Below are positions 1 through 8,931 of a stretch of DNA of 20,291 nt, piece after piece. The position numbers and the translations under genes are program-made. Source of the stretch: an uncultured Deinococcales bacterium (GTDB taxonomy: Bacteria; Deinococcota; Deinococci; Deinococcales; JAAFIG01); assembly GCA_964247135.1 (NCBI GenBank), contig CAXTTL010000022.1:13612-33902 (forward strand). Direction: 5' to 3'. The notes below the pieces were generated by a model. It did no database searches. It saw only the letters and a list, made by a program, of their open reading frames with translations, and was not told where the DNA came from. Every line of letters begins with the position of its first letter. Position 1 is the first letter of the stretch.

Positions 1-1203
1 GTCCATGCCGATCTCGAGGCAAGTTTGAGCGATTACTACCGTGAGGTGGAAACACCGACATCAGGCATTTTGGCATTGCAACACGCACAAACCGCACTGA
101 AACTGGCGCGTCGTTTGCAAAGCCCGTTGCACCTTTCAGAAGCCTTGTTTTGTGCTGCGCTTGCCGAAGCCAAATTTGGCAGTATCGAGCGTGCGCTAGG
201 GCTGGTTAAAGAAAGCTTGGCTTTTGCCGAACAACATTCAGAACCGCGTATTGTATCAAACGCAGTCTGGGCTGAGGCAGTCAGCTTGGAAGTGCTTGAG
301 CAGCCGCAAGATGCGTTGCATCAATATCAACATGCTTTGAGTGTGATTCAGGAATCAAATCATTCGCTGCGCCGTCAGAAAATCGTGCTCGAGATTCATC
401 GTCTTGATCAAAACGTTCAAGCCGCACAAAATCAATTGCTTTGGTTTGAAGAACGCGGTTTGCGGCATGGTATCAATTTGGTGCTTCGGGCTTTTCCCGA
501 TTTGGTTTCTAAAAACCCAAGCCCTCAGCAAATCCAAAACCATGATCAGAACGCTTTACGAATAGAGGTGCTCGGTTCAATGCGTTTGTTTGACCACAAC
601 CAATTGCAGACCAGCAAAAGTGCCAAACGCCAAGAACTGTTGGCATACCTGTTCGAAGCACATTTGGCTGGGCGGGCTGAGGTTTCCGCCCTCGAGTTGG
701 CTGAAGTGCTCTATCCAAACAGTTTTGAAGATGCAGCGCTGACCAGTGTCAAAAAAATGGTGCATCTAATTCGCTCGGGTTTTTCCAAAGCCGCCATTCA
801 AACCACGACCAATGGTTACGCGCTAGGCAACGTGGATTCGGACGTTGAACACTTTTTGGCTTCTGGCGATACACGACTGTGGCGCGGTCAGTACCTGGAA
901 AATATTGACATCCAAAATCCTGATACCACCATCCGCGAAGTGGTTTACAAAAAATTGGCAGCCAGTATTGGGCAGCAACTCGAGCTTGACCCAACAGAAG
1001 CCGCTCGGGTGGCAAGAATCTGGCTTGAAGCCGAACCGTATGACCAGCAAGCACTTGCCTTTACCTTGCAAGCCTTGCGTGCCAGCGACAACCATCGCAG
1101 CCTGAATCGTGTCTATGAACAAGCCAAAGAACGACTTCTCGAGGTGGGTGAACAACTGCCTGAAGATTGGAGGACGTTTCTCGAGATGGCATCATCGGCA
1201 TAA
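1..1203 (+). CDS. TPR-containing transcriptional regulator with C-terminal winged-helix + BTAD (SARP/AfsR-like) module; 5' end lies outside the window
   Basis: Frame is open from base 1 (VHADLEASLSDYY...) to TAA at 1201-1203. Ala/Leu-rich TPR-like helices are followed by 'LRIEVLGSMRL' (SARP-type DNA-binding domain start), 'ELAEVLYP', 'RLWRGQYLE' and 'LEAEPYDQQA' (BTAD-like motifs). Confidence 0.8.
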   Translation, partial: VHADLEASLSDYYREVETPTSGILALQHAQTALKLARRLQSPLHLSEALFCAALAEAKFGSIERALGLVKESLAFAEQHSEPRIVSNAVWAEAVSLEVLEQPQDALHQYQHALSVIQESNHSLRRQKIVLEIHRLDQNVQAAQNQLLWFEERGLRHGINLVLRAFPDLVSKNPSPQQIQNHDQNALRIEVLGSMRLFDHNQLQTSKSAKRQELLAYLFEAHLAGRAEVSALELAEVLYPNSFEDAALTSVKKMVHLIRSGFSKAAIQTTTNGYALGNVDSDVEHFLASGDTRLWRGQYLENIDIQNPDTTIREVVYKKLAASIGQQLELDPTEAARVARIWLEAEPYDQQALAFTLQALRASDNHRSLNRVYEQAKERLLEVGEQLPEDWRTFLEMASSA

Positions 1204-1209
1204 TTGCGG

Positions 1210-1234
1210 GTTGTTGGAACCAAAAGTTCACCAA
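1210..1234 (+). promoter_or_regulatory. Putative operator, copy 1 (GTTGTTGGAACC-N4-GTTCACCAA)
   Basis: 21 of 25 positions are identical to 2956-2980. Core GAAC-N5-GTTC dyad, with a -10-like CACAAT at 1243-1248. Confidence 0.6.
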
Positions 1235-1269
1235 GCCCAAAGCACAATGGCGTTTGAAAGGAGTTCAAA

Positions 1270-1539
1270 ATGATGCACATTCACGCCATTCAAAATGTCC
1301 ACGATGAGGTCTGGTATCTGCTGTGTCCACACTGCCTGAGAGCCGTTCCAGCCCAAAGCCAAGAACGCTACTGCGCCAACGATGGCAATAAACTGCTCGA
1401 ACGATGTCCTGCCTGCTCTGAGCGAATCAGGTCGCCCTTTGCTCGACATTGTACGTCTTGTGGGACGGCATTTACACGACCAAAATCCAACCCAAACCGC
1501 AAAGCCCAAATCGGAAGGAGTGTTTATGAAAACCTATAA
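1270..1539 (+). CDS. Double zinc-ribbon (DZR-like) small protein
   Basis: AAGGAG RBS upstream. Motifs CPHC, CAND, CPAC and CTSC. Stop overlaps the start of the next gene. Confidence 0.8.
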   Translation: MMHIHAIQNVHDEVWYLLCPHCLRAVPAQSQERYCANDGNKLLERCPACSERIRSPFARHCTSCGTAFTRPKSNPNRKAQIGRSVYENL

Positions 1540-2842
1540 ATTGGCGGTTCTGCTCTGGTTGATCTTGACCTTCAGTGCTTGCAACCTGTCTACGATTATT
1601 TGTTCTGTGTGCAACAAAGGTTCGCTCGAGGTTAGCATCAATGTTCCTGCTGGTGTGACCATCACGCCTTCAGTGGTTGTGACCGGACCAGATTCGACCA
1701 CCACCCTCAACCAAAGCACGACCCTATCCAACCTCAGCAACGGCACATACACAATTACCGCTCAAAATGCTCGAGAATCAGGTTTGGTTGTGGACAAGGT
1801 TTTTGTTGGGCAAGTCAGCGCAAGTTCTGTGACTGTGAAAGCGAACACCACCACCAAAGTGCAAGTTGATTTTGTGCTGCGACCTGGCAGTGGCAAACTC
1901 TGGTTGCCCATCTGTCCAGATCAGGCAGACCCCGCAAGCAAAGATCAGGTGCTTGCCTTTGACCCTGACCAACTCGAAAAAAGTGGTACACCCACGCCAG
2001 GCGTTGTGCTCGAACTCGAGAAAGGCGCGTGTGCCAAAGCTACAGTGATTGACCCTGCTGGAAATTTGTTGGTCACGCTGTTTGCCAAAAATCAAGCGGT
2101 GAGTTTCGATCCAACCCAGCAATTGGTTTCGGGTGCGCCAATACCATTGCAAATTTTCTTGCCATATAAACCCCCACTCAATGGTCCACTCGATGCGGCG
2201 CTTAACAACAAAAGGTTTTTTGTAAGCAATTTGTCTGGGCAACTTACCGCAAAAGGCATTGTTGGTGGTCCTCGGGTTGACCCTGACATTTTCACACCCG
2301 ATCCAGCCGTTGTAGTGCCTGTCGGTGTTGCTTTTTCTGGCGAATCGTTGTGGGTGACATCCGCCAACAACACAGTGGTCGAGTACATGACACCTCAACT
2401 CAAACCTGGTCAATTACCACCACCCGCCATCACCCTGTCCTCGCTCGCCGCCACACCAACGCTCAACCAACCAACTGGCATTGCCTTTGACTCGAGCAAC
2501 AACATGTGGATCACCAACAAGGGCGGCAACACGATTGTCAAATTTACGCCAGCCCAATACGCCAAAGATGGCAGCCCAGACCCAGATGTCACGCTTGGCG
2601 GCGATGGCACAACACTTTTCAAGCCTTCTGGGTTGGCATTTGACAATGCTGGCAACCTTTGGGTCTGGAACGGCGGCAACCGCACACTGGTCAAGTTCTT
2701 GGCAAACGACCTTGCCAAGTCTGGCAATCCAAACCCCAGCGTGATTCTCAATTTGCCTGGCACGCCCATTCCATCTGGTGTTGTCGAAGACCAGTGGTTT
2801 GCCTTTAACCCACCACCCGCCAACTTGCCCGTTTCAAAGTAA
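1526..2842 (+). CDS. Lipoprotein with N-terminal Ig-like domain and NHL/SMP-30-like beta-propeller repeats
   Basis: Start re-called at ATG 1526 (GGAAGGAG RBS). Signal peptide II MKTYKLAVLLWLILTFSA|C. Repeats such as PTGIAFDSSNNMWITN, PSGLAFDNAGNLWVWN and PVGVAFSGESLWVTS. Confidence 0.8.
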   Translation: MKTYKLAVLLWLILTFSACNLSTIICSVCNKGSLEVSINVPAGVTITPSVVVTGPDSTTTLNQSTTLSNLSNGTYTITAQNARESGLVVDKVFVGQVSASSVTVKANTTTKVQVDFVLRPGSGKLWLPICPDQADPASKDQVLAFDPDQLEKSGTPTPGVVLELEKGACAKATVIDPAGNLLVTLFAKNQAVSFDPTQQLVSGAPIPLQIFLPYKPPLNGPLDAALNNKRFFVSNLSGQLTAKGIVGGPRVDPDIFTPDPAVVVPVGVAFSGESLWVTSANNTVVEYMTPQLKPGQLPPPAITLSSLAATPTLNQPTGIAFDSSNNMWITNKGGNTIVKFTPAQYAKDGSPDPDVTLGGDGTTLFKPSGLAFDNAGNLWVWNGGNRTLVKFLANDLAKSGNPNPSVILNLPGTPIPSGVVEDQWFAFNPPPANLPVSK

Positions 2843-2861
2843 TTCTCGAGCAATCAACGTC

Positions 2862-2891
2862 ATGGAGCGCATTTGCGCTCCATTTTTGTTT
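2862..2891 (+). terminator. Rho-independent terminator
   Basis: ATGGAGCGC-ATTT-GCGCTCCAT followed by TTTTGTTT, about 20 nt after the stop codon. Confidence 0.85.
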
Positions 2892-2955
2892 GCCTGCCAA
2901 ACTTCTCTTTCTCGAGTTTTAAGGATTGCAAATTTTGAGAACGGCAAAAACCACC

Positions 2956-2980
2956 GTTGTTGGAACCCTGGGTTCACCAA
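2956..2980 (+). promoter_or_regulatory. Putative operator, copy 2 (GTTGTTGGAACC-N4-GTTCACCAA)
   Basis: Matches 1210-1234 except the central 4 nt. A -10-like CATTGT sits at the same offset (2989-2994). Confidence 0.6.
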
Positions 2981-3088
2981 CACCAGCGCATTGTGTTTTT
3001 ACAAAGAAAGGAAGGTTGATCGCTTGATTCAAACACCCATTGGAATACGCCTCAGAATTCTCGAGCACCACAGCACAAGGAGACCATC

Positions 3089-3301
3089 ATGAGTGACCTG
3101 TACTTTACGTTTTCGCAGCAAAACAACGCACGAATCTTCAATGAAGCGTTTATCAGGCACTGTCTGGTTCGTGCTTCACACCAATTTGAAACCGGGGAAA
3201 CTCGAGTACCCCAAAGTTTCTTCAAGCGGCTCAGCGTGTTTTTTCGCTCGAAACGCAATCATCAACCCAAGAAGCCTCAGCAACAATTCCGCCGTTCTTA
3301 A
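3089..3301 (+). CDS. Small basic hypothetical protein (70 aa)
   Basis: AAGGAG RBS 6 nt before the ATG. Sits between operator copy 2 and the protease gene. No recognisable domain. Confidence 0.55.
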   Translation: MSDLYFTFSQQNNARIFNEAFIRHCLVRASHQFETGETRVPQSFFKRLSVFFRSKRNHQPKKPQQQFRRS

Positions 3302-3356
3302 TCAAACCCTTCAGTCAGATATTCACAGCAATACAAAAATACAAAGGAGATTCGTG

Positions 3357-6146
3357 ATGAAAAACCGCGCCTTAGCTATTTTTGGTTTGGCATTAGCCTT
3401 AACCTTAACTGCCTGTCACACCCCCAATTTCAGCATGGGTTCTTCTGGCAACGAAGTCAAGCTGGACTCAAGCTCGAGCAGCACCATACACATCAATCTT
3501 GTTCCGTTTGATGGTTTCGATCAATCCGTCGTGCTTTCGGTCAGTGGTTTGCCAAATGGAACAACGGCAACATTTACCCCCAATCCTGCGACCAGCAGCG
3601 GCAGTGATCTTAAACTCGAGTCTACAAACGCAGCCCCAGGTTCATACCCAGTGGTTGTGCAGGGTGTCGGTGGTGGTCTCAGCCATTCATTCGATTTGAA
3701 ATTGACCGTCAACGCCCTCGTGCCAAGCTCAACCTTTAAAATCGATACCAGCCTGCAACCTTTGAGCGCCACAATTCCTGGCATTGATGGCGGCGAAGCC
3801 CGCCCTGTTGCCGCCCTCGAGGATGGGAACGGCATCAAAACAGATTTTGTCGAAAACGAATTGTTGATCTCCACCGACGATGGCAGCACGCTGAATGCCT
3901 TTGTCAGCCGTTGGAATGGCACAGTGCTCTCGAGCTTCAAACCCAGCGATGAGGGTTTAACCGGCGTCAAACCTTATTACGTGGTGCGGGTCAATGCAAG
4001 CAACGCCGATAGCACTAAGCTCGCCAAAGACCTGGAAACACTCAATCCCAACATTCACAGCAACCTCAAACTCTCGAGCCAAGCGGGTCTTGACCTGATG
4101 GCGGTGGCTGCCCACGAAAGCGCCAGCAACGGTTTAAACGTCGGACTGAATTTTATTCTCGAGAGCAACGACCTTGCATCGGGTCATACCACCGAGGGCA
4201 CAAGCGGCGAAAATACCTATGCCAAATATTCCAAAGATGTCGCCGATTGGTCATACATGAAACGTGGCGGCAACCAAGACATTGGCGTGACCGACGCGTG
4301 GCGCGGCTTGTCGGCGGCAGGCAAGCTTGGTAACAAAGTCAAACTGGCAGTGCTGGACGGTGGCTTTATTCAGAACAAAGACCTTCCTGCCAACTGGATG
4401 ATGATCCCGAGCAACGGTTGGAATCAACAAAACCCCGCAGATTGCGTTGGTCTAAATGGCAAACACCCTTGCCCTTGGCACGGCACAGGTACAGCCATTG
4501 CCGCAATGGGTGTACCTGACAACAGTTTTGGCACGGCAGGTCCGGCGGGTCCTGTTGCTCGTCCGATTTTGGTACAAAGCCCATCGCCCGATTTTTTTAG
4601 TTACCTCAAGTACATGCTCAGTCTGGTGAAGACCTTGGCGGTTGGACCCAAAATTGTCAACATCAGCGCTTCCACCAACATCGTTGCCATCGGTGCAGTG
4701 TTTGTCAATGGCTTGGGTGATCCAATTTTTGCGGGTTTACGCGCTTTGGACATTCTGGTGGTTGCCGCCGCAGGCAATATCAATTACGATGTGGATGCCA
4801 AAGACTGCTTCATTGTTTGCTGGGAACGCAGCACCACGATTCCCTGCGAATTCAGCAAGGTCTTGTGCGTGGGTGCGCTCGCCTGGGACAGCAGCAATCG
4901 CGCCAACTATTCCAACTATGGCAGTGTCAATGAAGACGATTCGGTAAATATCTTTGGTCCTGGCACGCTCTGGTTGCCCGACGATGCCAGCCTGAATGGC
5001 TCGAGTGGAACCAACATCTTCACCAGTGGCACAAGTGTGGCGACGCCCTTTGTGGCTGGCGTGGCAGCCCTGGTGAGCGCCGCGAACCCCAGCTTGAACG
5101 CAGACCAGATCGAAAGCATTTTGTTAACAACCGCCCATACCAACACCTCGGACGGCACGGTCAGGCGTTGGGTCAATGCGCTCGGGGCAATCAAGAAAGT
5201 GCTGGGCAACATTCCACCAACCGCCACCATTGGGGTCACACCAGATGTTTTTGACAGCTCAAGATACACCTTTAGCGCCAACACCGACGATCTCGAGGAT
5301 GGTCTGAATTGCTGCACCGTCGAATGGTCCTCGAGTGTTGATGGCGCACTTGGCACGGGATTGACGCAAACCACCAGTTTTGCTTCCTTGGGTGGGCGTC
5401 AGATCAAAGCCAAAATCACGGACAGCCAAGGCGGGGTTGGTTACGCCGAGGTCACCATCAATGTCGATGTGCCACTTCCGGACGTCAAAATCGACCAGCC
5501 CAACGGCGGCAATTTACTCGAGCGCGGCAAGGATTACACGTTCCTGGGTCATGCCTGGATTGCTCCAGCCACAGATTTGTGCGGTAACACCAATAACCCG
5601 AATGTCAACTGGACCAGTGGTGATTCAAACAACACATTACCCAATCCAATCCCACAAAATTGTAGAGTCAATTTGAGTTTTGCCCAGAACGGCAATTATC
5701 AAGTGTGGCTCGAGGTGAAAGACGCCTATGGTCGTGTTGGTAAGGCGGTGGTTTCGTTTATCGTGATTGATCCAAAACCCGAATTTAACATTCAACTGAA
5801 AGGCTCAGATTTGGAAAAACCGATTGCATTTGCAAATGTTGGGGAAGTGGTTTTGTTGGCTGCCAACACTTACAACGGTACAGCACCTTACAAACAAGTT
5901 TGGACTTGGCAATCAACCCGAGCAAATTGTCCTGAAGTGGTGCTGAAACCAAAGCCACCGTTTTCAGTTCCACCAGGCGGACTCCCATACCAAATTTACG
6001 TTTTTTGGAATACCACCGATATGCCAATAATCAGTCCTTTAGGCTGTGATTCAGGTAATGGCATTATTAAGTTGGTACTCACAGATGCCAATAACCAAAC
6101 CGCATCCGCATTTAGAGATTTCCAATTGTTATCACCACCCAAATGA
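3357..6146 (+). CDS. S8 (subtilisin-like) serine protease lipoprotein with Ig/PKD-like flanking domains
   Basis: Start re-called at ATG 3357 (AAGGAGA RBS). Lipobox LTA|C. Catalytic motifs VLDGG (Asp), WHGT (His), AAAGN (oxyanion Asn) and SGTSVATPFVAG (Ser). C-terminal PKD-like segments. Confidence 0.92.
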   Translation: MKNRALAIFGLALALTLTACHTPNFSMGSSGNEVKLDSSSSSTIHINLVPFDGFDQSVVLSVSGLPNGTTATFTPNPATSSGSDLKLESTNAAPGSYPVVVQGVGGGLSHSFDLKLTVNALVPSSTFKIDTSLQPLSATIPGIDGGEARPVAALEDGNGIKTDFVENELLISTDDGSTLNAFVSRWNGTVLSSFKPSDEGLTGVKPYYVVRVNASNADSTKLAKDLETLNPNIHSNLKLSSQAGLDLMAVAAHESASNGLNVGLNFILESNDLASGHTTEGTSGENTYAKYSKDVADWSYMKRGGNQDIGVTDAWRGLSAAGKLGNKVKLAVLDGGFIQNKDLPANWMMIPSNGWNQQNPADCVGLNGKHPCPWHGTGTAIAAMGVPDNSFGTAGPAGPVARPILVQSPSPDFFSYLKYMLSLVKTLAVGPKIVNISASTNIVAIGAVFVNGLGDPIFAGLRALDILVVAAAGNINYDVDAKDCFIVCWERSTTIPCEFSKVLCVGALAWDSSNRANYSNYGSVNEDDSVNIFGPGTLWLPDDASLNGSSGTNIFTSGTSVATPFVAGVAALVSAANPSLNADQIESILLTTAHTNTSDGTVRRWVNALGAIKKVLGNIPPTATIGVTPDVFDSSRYTFSANTDDLEDGLNCCTVEWSSSVDGALGTGLTQTTSFASLGGRQIKAKITDSQGGVGYAEVTINVDVPLPDVKIDQPNGGNLLERGKDYTFLGHAWIAPATDLCGNTNNPNVNWTSGDSNNTLPNPIPQNCRVNLSFAQNGNYQVWLEVKDAYGRVGKAVVSFIVIDPKPEFNIQLKGSDLEKPIAFANVGEVVLLAANTYNGTAPYKQVWTWQSTRANCPEVVLKPKPPFSVPPGGLPYQIYVFWNTTDMPIISPLGCDSGNGIIKLVLTDANNQTASAFRDFQLLSPPK

Positions 6147-6304
6147 CCCTTGAGCTTCATGATTGTTGCAAATTCGGTATCCAAAGGGTCGAAGCGGATA
6201 CTACAGGTGAAAATGATTGAAACTTCAACGGGGTTAACCCGCAATCAACGCACTCCATTGAAATCCAAGTAACCAACGACGTGGCATAAATGACTTGCAA
6301 AAGG

Positions 6305-6335
6305 AACAAAAAGGACTCGAGCAACCCTCGAGTCC
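6305..6335. terminator. Hairpin built from two CTCGAG sites; terminator-like on the minus strand
   Basis: GGACTCGAG-CAACC-CTCGAGTCC perfect 9-bp stem, preceded by AACAAAAA (a U-tract on the minus strand). Confidence 0.55.
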
Positions 6336-6443
6336 GAATTCTCTTCAAGCTGCACGTTTCCTTTTATCTGCCAAGTGAACTTGTTACCCACGCCAGATTC
6401 GTCAAACCAGATGCTCGAGTTACCCTGTCTTCAGGAGGTTTTT

Positions 6444-6650
6444 ATGTCAAATCACGAATCGGTAAAAGACTTTTATTCACGTTTTGCGCATCGGTGTTTA
6501 CAACTCATGACGGGAACGATTCTCGCCAATGCCGTGTTTACGCGAAGACACTTTACTGAAAATGTCGCAGTGCTCGCAACCACGATTGCGGGCTTATACG
6601 TTCTGGTTGGGATTTCTGTTTGGCTTCGAGGTTTTGCGAAAAAGTCTTGA
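6444..6650 (+). CDS. Small membrane protein (68 aa, about 2 hydrophobic segments)
   Basis: AGGAGG RBS before ATG 6444. Hydrophobic stretches LQLMTGTILANAVF and VAVLATTIAGLYVLVGISVWL, then a basic tail. Confidence 0.55.
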   Translation: MSNHESVKDFYSRFAHRCLQLMTGTILANAVFTRRHFTENVAVLATTIAGLYVLVGISVWLRGFAKKS

Positions 6651-6776
6651 AGTCAATCCAGCCTCGAGAGGCAAGCCTTACAAATTATTCCCGCCACGAT
6701 CTTCGGCAGTGCCGTAAAAGCGCAATTTACAACGCCGTCCAATTAAACCTTCAAACTCGAGTTTATGACGCATATT

Positions 6777-7727
6777 TTACGGCTCGAGCCACGCCAGCGC
6801 AGGGTGTGCCACGCCCGTTAAATCCTCGAGCATCGGTTTCCAGAGTTTGTCGCCATTCGCGCCGTTGGTCAGCAGCACCATGCCAAATCCTGTGTCACTA
6901 GCACCAGCCATCAAAGGTCTAAAGCCTGGGTTGTTGCCCCACTGCCAGAAAAATTGCCCCGACGTGCATTGCTCGAGTCCGCAACCCAAACCCCAGGAAA
7001 CCCAATCGTTGATTTGCACTTGTGGTTGCAGCATCTCGAGTAAAATCTCGGAACGTAAAAATTCTTGCAAAAAAATTGCCAAGTCGGTCACCGTGCTGTG
7101 CAGAGAGAAGGCGGCATGTGCTCGAGTGATCGGTTGGGTTTTGGGTATGACAATACCGTTTTGGTCATGCCCACGGGCGCTTTGATCTGCGAAATCTTCA
7201 TGCCAAACAAAACTCGAGTGTTGCATTCCAAGTGGTTGAAAAACGGTTTGTTGCAGGTGATCCTCGAGTGAAGTGTTCGTGACTTTTTCGATCACGGTTT
7301 GAAGTTTCCCAAACCCAATTCCTGAGTACGAAAACCGCAATCCAGGTTGAAATTGTGTCACGGCAATTTCAGATTCGGGCAACCAATTTGGCAGTCCCGA
7401 AGTGTGCGACAACACATGGCGGGTCGTGATCAAACCAAGTCTTGCATCGTGCTCGAGGTTGATTTCGGGAACGTAATGTGCAAGTGGCGTGTCAAGCTCG
7501 AGTAAACCCGCTTTGCATAATTTCAGGGTCGCACTTGCAACAACTTGTTTGCTTAAACTGGCAGCCTCAAAAATCGTGTTGGCGGTCACGGGCAACTCGC
7601 CGTTCGCCATGCCGAAACCGATGCTCGAGCTTGTTTGATCTGAATTGAGAACCCCGATTGCCACCCCAGGAACATGCGCCTCGAGCGCCAACTTCTTCCA
7701 GCGTTCAAGTAGATGCTCGAGTTTCAT
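6777..7727 (-). CDS. Serine hydrolase, beta-lactamase (AmpC/CubicO-like) family
   Basis: FEAASLSK (SxxK), HVLSHTSGL, FSYSG and QWGN motifs. ATGA overlap with the upstream gene. Confidence 0.9.
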   Translation of the reverse strand: MKLEHLLERWKKLALEAHVPGVAIGVLNSDQTSSSIGFGMANGELPVTANTIFEAASLSKQVVASATLKLCKAGLLELDTPLAHYVPEINLEHDARLGLITTRHVLSHTSGLPNWLPESEIAVTQFQPGLRFSYSGIGFGKLQTVIEKVTNTSLEDHLQQTVFQPLGMQHSSFVWHEDFADQSARGHDQNGIVIPKTQPITRAHAAFSLHSTVTDLAIFLQEFLRSEILLEMLQPQVQINDWVSWGLGCGLEQCTSGQFFWQWGNNPGFRPLMAGASDTGFGMVLLTNGANGDKLWKPMLEDLTGVAHPALAWLEP

Positions 7728-8923
7728 TGGTCTAAGTATTCAGGTTCTGAGGGTTCGAGCAAAACTTCACTGACCACTTTTTCGCCGCCATGAAACCTCG
7801 AGCCGAGCCAGTATTTGCGAATCATCAATTTTGCCAGCGCGGTCAGTGGTACCGCCAGCAACGCACCGACCACACCGCCGAGCGCCAAGCCGGACAAAAT
7901 TGCCAGGATAATGCTGATCGGGCTTAAATCGGTGCTTTTGGATAAGATTTGCGGCGCGAAGACGTGAGACTCGAGTTGGTTGACGATGGTGAAGACCACA
8001 CCGACCAGCAAGACTTTGATCAATCCTCCTGGCAGAGCCAACAGCAGGGCGGGGGTCACGGCGATCACCACGCCCAAGTACGGCACGATGTTGAACACGC
8101 CCGCAATAAAACCGATTGCCAGACCGAGCGGCAAACCGACGATGGTCAAGCCCAGACCGATCATGATGCCAATCGACAACGCAATAATCAATTGTCCGCG
8201 AATGTACCCGCCAATAGCGGTGGAAACATCTTTGCTTAACTCGAGGGCGGTGGGTTGGACTTGCACTGGCAGCACCTCGAGCAAGGTTTTACCGATGCTT
8301 GGAAAGGTGAAGAGCATGTAACCGCCGAGCACGAAAACCAGAAAATACTCGAAGACGTTGCCGACCACGCCGACCGCGCGGGTCAGGATGCTCAAGCCGG
8401 AGCCTTGCAAGAATTCGAGGAGTTTTTGCACCAAACCGGAGAGTCCATCTTGAATGGTTTTGGTGGTGTTTTGCAGCGTGTCGTGTAACTCTGGGACTTG
8501 TTTCAAATTGACCAACCAGCCGTTCAGAAAGCCTTGCAAACTGGTGATCAGGGTCGGGAGTTGTTGGGCAAAAACAATCAATTGCCGAATCAACGAACCG
8601 ATCACCAAGGACGCGACGATCAAAAAGACAATCACGATCAGGTACACGATGGTCACGGCGATGGCTCGAGCGAAAGGTCTGATGCCACGAGCCTGCAAGA
8701 ACGGGCGCGACACCAACCATTGCACCAGCGGGTTGAACAGGTAGGCGAACAGGTACGACAGCAATGCCAAGCGCGTGACGTTCCCGAGTTCTTTTAAAAT
8801 TGGACCCGTTTCGCCCAGCAAACCGCGCACGGCGTTTAATGCCAGCATCACCGCCAAAACCGTCAATGCCAGAAACATGATGCGTCCAGCCCGAGAGACC
8901 AATAATTTTTCCAAAACACTCAT
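7724..8923 (-). CDS. AI-2E (PerM/UPF0118) family transporter
   Basis: Multi-TM protein with AYLFNPLV, GGYIRGQL, NIVPYLG, QLESHVFAP and GALLAVPL signatures. Confidence 0.92.
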   Translation of the reverse strand: MSVLEKLLVSRAGRIMFLALTVLAVMLALNAVRGLLGETGPILKELGNVTRLALLSYLFAYLFNPLVQWLVSRPFLQARGIRPFARAIAVTIVYLIVIVFLIVASLVIGSLIRQLIVFAQQLPTLITSLQGFLNGWLVNLKQVPELHDTLQNTTKTIQDGLSGLVQKLLEFLQGSGLSILTRAVGVVGNVFEYFLVFVLGGYMLFTFPSIGKTLLEVLPVQVQPTALELSKDVSTAIGGYIRGQLIIALSIGIMIGLGLTIVGLPLGLAIGFIAGVFNIVPYLGVVIAVTPALLLALPGGLIKVLLVGVVFTIVNQLESHVFAPQILSKSTDLSPISIILAILSGLALGGVVGALLAVPLTALAKLMIRKYWLGSRFHGGEKVVSEVLLEPSEPEYLDQ

Positions 8924-8931
8924 CTACATCC

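Noticed and set aside
1217-1229. LexA (Cheo) box GAAC-N4-GTTC
   Set aside because: The spacer is 5 nt in both copies and conservation extends well beyond the core, so it is treated as a different operator.
1382-1525. N-terminal extensions in the ORF track (also 3093-3356, 10078-10137, 16449-16508, 16701-16769)
   Set aside because: RBS position, signal peptides and overlap with neighbouring genes or promoters support the later starts.
6777-7727. True beta-lactamase resistance gene
   Set aside because: It has no signal peptide and shows YSG and WGN in place of the AmpC YxN and KTG motifs, so a general esterase or peptidase is more likely.
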